This document shows, piece by piece, positions 61,800-64,000 of a DNA stretch of 64,000 nucleotides. Source of the DNA: Stegostoma tigrinum (lineage: Eukaryota). Where the stretch lies: positions 3,410,001 to 3,474,000 of the forward strand of contig NC_081396.1 in assembly GCF_030684315.1 (NCBI RefSeq). The letters run 5' to 3'. Each line of letters opens with the position of its first letter. Within the stretch, counting starts at the first letter, position 1. The position numbers and the translations under genes were made by a program. The notes under the pieces were generated by a model. That model did not search any database, was not told the DNA's origin, and was given only the letters and a program-made list of their open reading frames with translations.

Positions 61800-63840
61800 T
61801 AGAACAAAAACAAAGTTGCTGGAAAAGTTCAGCAGGCCTGGCAGCATCTGTGGAGGAGAAAACAGAGTTAACATCTGGGACCCTTCCTCAGAACTGATGC
61901 CGGCTGGACAAAACGTCAGTTTACGTGCACAAATTGTGATGTGGCTGGGGTCGGGACTTATGGATAGGAGAGAGCCCAAAGAGAGAGAATGACAGTTGGA
62001 CAGAAAAACGATTTGCTAATGATCAGGCTGGGAGGGTGAAGAGTTGTGAATGGGAACTGTTAGTGACTAACAAACGTCGGGTGTGGAGTGGCAGGCTTTT
62101 GTTAACAAGTCATGGTGTGTGGGCTGGGGAGCTGGGACATGGGAGAGTTTCAGCCCTCAAATGATTGAACTCAATATTGAGTCCAGAGGGCTGGAGGGTC
62201 CCCAAGTGGAAAATGAAATGTTGATTTCAGCCAGCTTGCGCTGGGCTTCACTGGTAGTCTGCAGAAAGACGGAGTCAGAGATATTGGCCAGGGAGCAAGG
62301 TGGTGCATTGAAGTGGCAGGGAACAGATAGTTCAGTGTCCATTTTGTGAGCAGAACGTAGATGTTCTGCAAAGCAGTCACCAAGTCTATTCTTCGCTTCC
62401 CCAATGTAAAAGGGACCACAGTGTGAGCAGGGAATGCAGTAGACTAGATTCCTGGAAGTGCAAGTGATGTGTTGCTTCACCTGGAAGGTATATTTGGCCC
62501 CTTGGACACCAGGGAGGGAGGAGGTAAATGTGCAAGTGTTGCATCTTTGCCAGTTACAGGGGCATGTGCCCTAGGGCTGTGGAGGGGTGCTGCGGGTGAA
62601 GGAAGTATGGACCAAGTTTTCCCAGAGGGAACAGTCCCGGCGGAATTCAGACAAGGGAATGGAAACGAATATGTCCCTGGTGGTGGCATCCTGCTGGAGG
62701 TGGTAGAAATGGCGTTCGATGATTTTCTGGATGTGGATGCTGGTGGGATGGTAGGTGAGGAGAAGGGGAAGGCTATTGCTGTTGTGGGACGGTTGAGAAG
62801 GCATGAGGGCGATAAGGTTATGGTTAGGGTTAGGGTTGGGTTAGGTGCATGAGGTAGGTTGGACATGATTGGGGACAGAGCTGGGGAATCCTCAGTTGAG
62901 GAAGAATGTGGACATTTCAGTGGCTCCTTTGTCGAAGTTGGCTTCAGCCTAACATATGCGATGGAGGCGGAGAAACTGAGAGAAGGATGGAATCTTTACT
63001 GGAGGTGGGGTGTGAGGATGTATAGTCCAGTTAGCTGTGGGAGTCGGTGGGTTTATGGAGGATATTAGTGGCCAGTCTATCCCCAGAAATGGAAAGAGAA
63101 ATGTCGAGGAAGAGAAGGAAGGAGTCAGAGGTAGGCCAGGTGAAAGTCAGGACAGGGTGGAAATTGCGGGTGAAAGTGATGAAGTTTTCCATTTCTTGAC
63201 GAGAAAGGGAAGCAGCACTGATGATATCATCGATATGTCTGAGAAAGAGCCGTGGGTGGCGGCTGGAATCGAACTGGTACAAATAATGTACCACGTACCC
63301 GACAAAGAGACAGGCTTACCTCGTGCCCATGTGGGTGCCCATGGCAATCCCTCTTATCTGAAAAAAAATGAGAGGAGTTGAAAGAGAAATTTTTGAATCC
63401 ATCATAAGACATCAGATGAATCATGGATGTATGTGGGTAGGGATGGAATGGGTAGAGAAGCTTGGGTCAAGGTAGGAAGAGATGAGATCTGTGGGGCATG
63501 AAAAGGCTGAAACAATGTGCCTGCCCGGACAGCCCCGTTTTTGGATTTTTTGAAGGAGGTAGAAACGACTTGTGTGGGTTGAGGGGCTACTAACTTGGAA
63601 GCGGATGAGGGGAGATCACTGGATGAAATGAGATCAATATGCATCGTGGATACAATGGCTGGATGTGCTATGGTGGAGTCATGGTCAAGGGGAAGGTAGG
63701 AGGTGGTATCTGCGAGCTGGTGGTCATCCTCTGTAACGTTGAGATCAGTATACTAGACAACAACAGCACGCCCCTTATTGGCAGGGTTGATGACAAAGTT
63801 AGGGTAAGATTTGAGTGCACAGAATGCAATCAGTTTGGAG
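61800..63840 (-). mobile_element. Penelope-like retroelement (RT + GIY-YIG), frameshifted
   Basis: AMGTHMG and LFLRHIDDII RT motifs; TCTSRNLVYCIPCSHCGPFYIGEAKNRLGDCFAEH GIY-YIG motif; pLTR at 61800-61900. Confidence 0.9.
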
Positions 63841-64000
63841 GCATGTTGTAGAAGTTGAGCAGCTTTTTTGTTACATAAATGTATGAGAGGTGATTTACAG
63901 ATATGTTAAAAATAATAAGGGCCTTGACCGGATAAACAAGTGGACCAACGGTGACTTGAAGAAACTAAATTTCATGATACAATACGGATCTAGGTCGTGG

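Noticed and set aside
1-64000. CRISPR arrays, rRNA or tRNA genes, prokaryotic operons
   Set aside because: None seen; the sequence is vertebrate genomic DNA.

Overview
Vertebrate genomic DNA from a cartilaginous fish, most likely an orectolobiform shark (bamboo/nurse-shark-like IgM). The main feature is a complete, unrearranged IgM heavy-chain cluster on the minus strand at 33270-55183 (leader-VH-D1-D2-JH-CH1-CH2-CH3-CH4/secretory tail-TM1-TM2). All its exons are open and in phase, and all six RSSs are present. About 12 kb further downstream, beyond a block of CR1 LINEs, is the 3' remnant of a second IgM gene (pseudo-CH4/sec, frameshifted TM1, TM2; ~17030-21100). A TCR alpha/delta-like V pseudogene with a decayed 23-RSS lies on the plus strand at 3.7-4.0 kb, which suggests the IgM cluster is in or next to a TCR V array. 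A decayed LTR-to-LTR epsilon-like endogenous retrovirus occupies 4449-12316. Other repeats are many CR1 LINEs, V-SINE/DeuSINE-like SINEs and Penelope-like elements. Several Penelope copies are fold-back insertions with TSDs and minimal hammerhead-ribozyme cores; one lies in the intron between the IgM secretory polyA site and TM1. Coordinates were read by eye, repeat boundaries are approximate, and no database searches were run.
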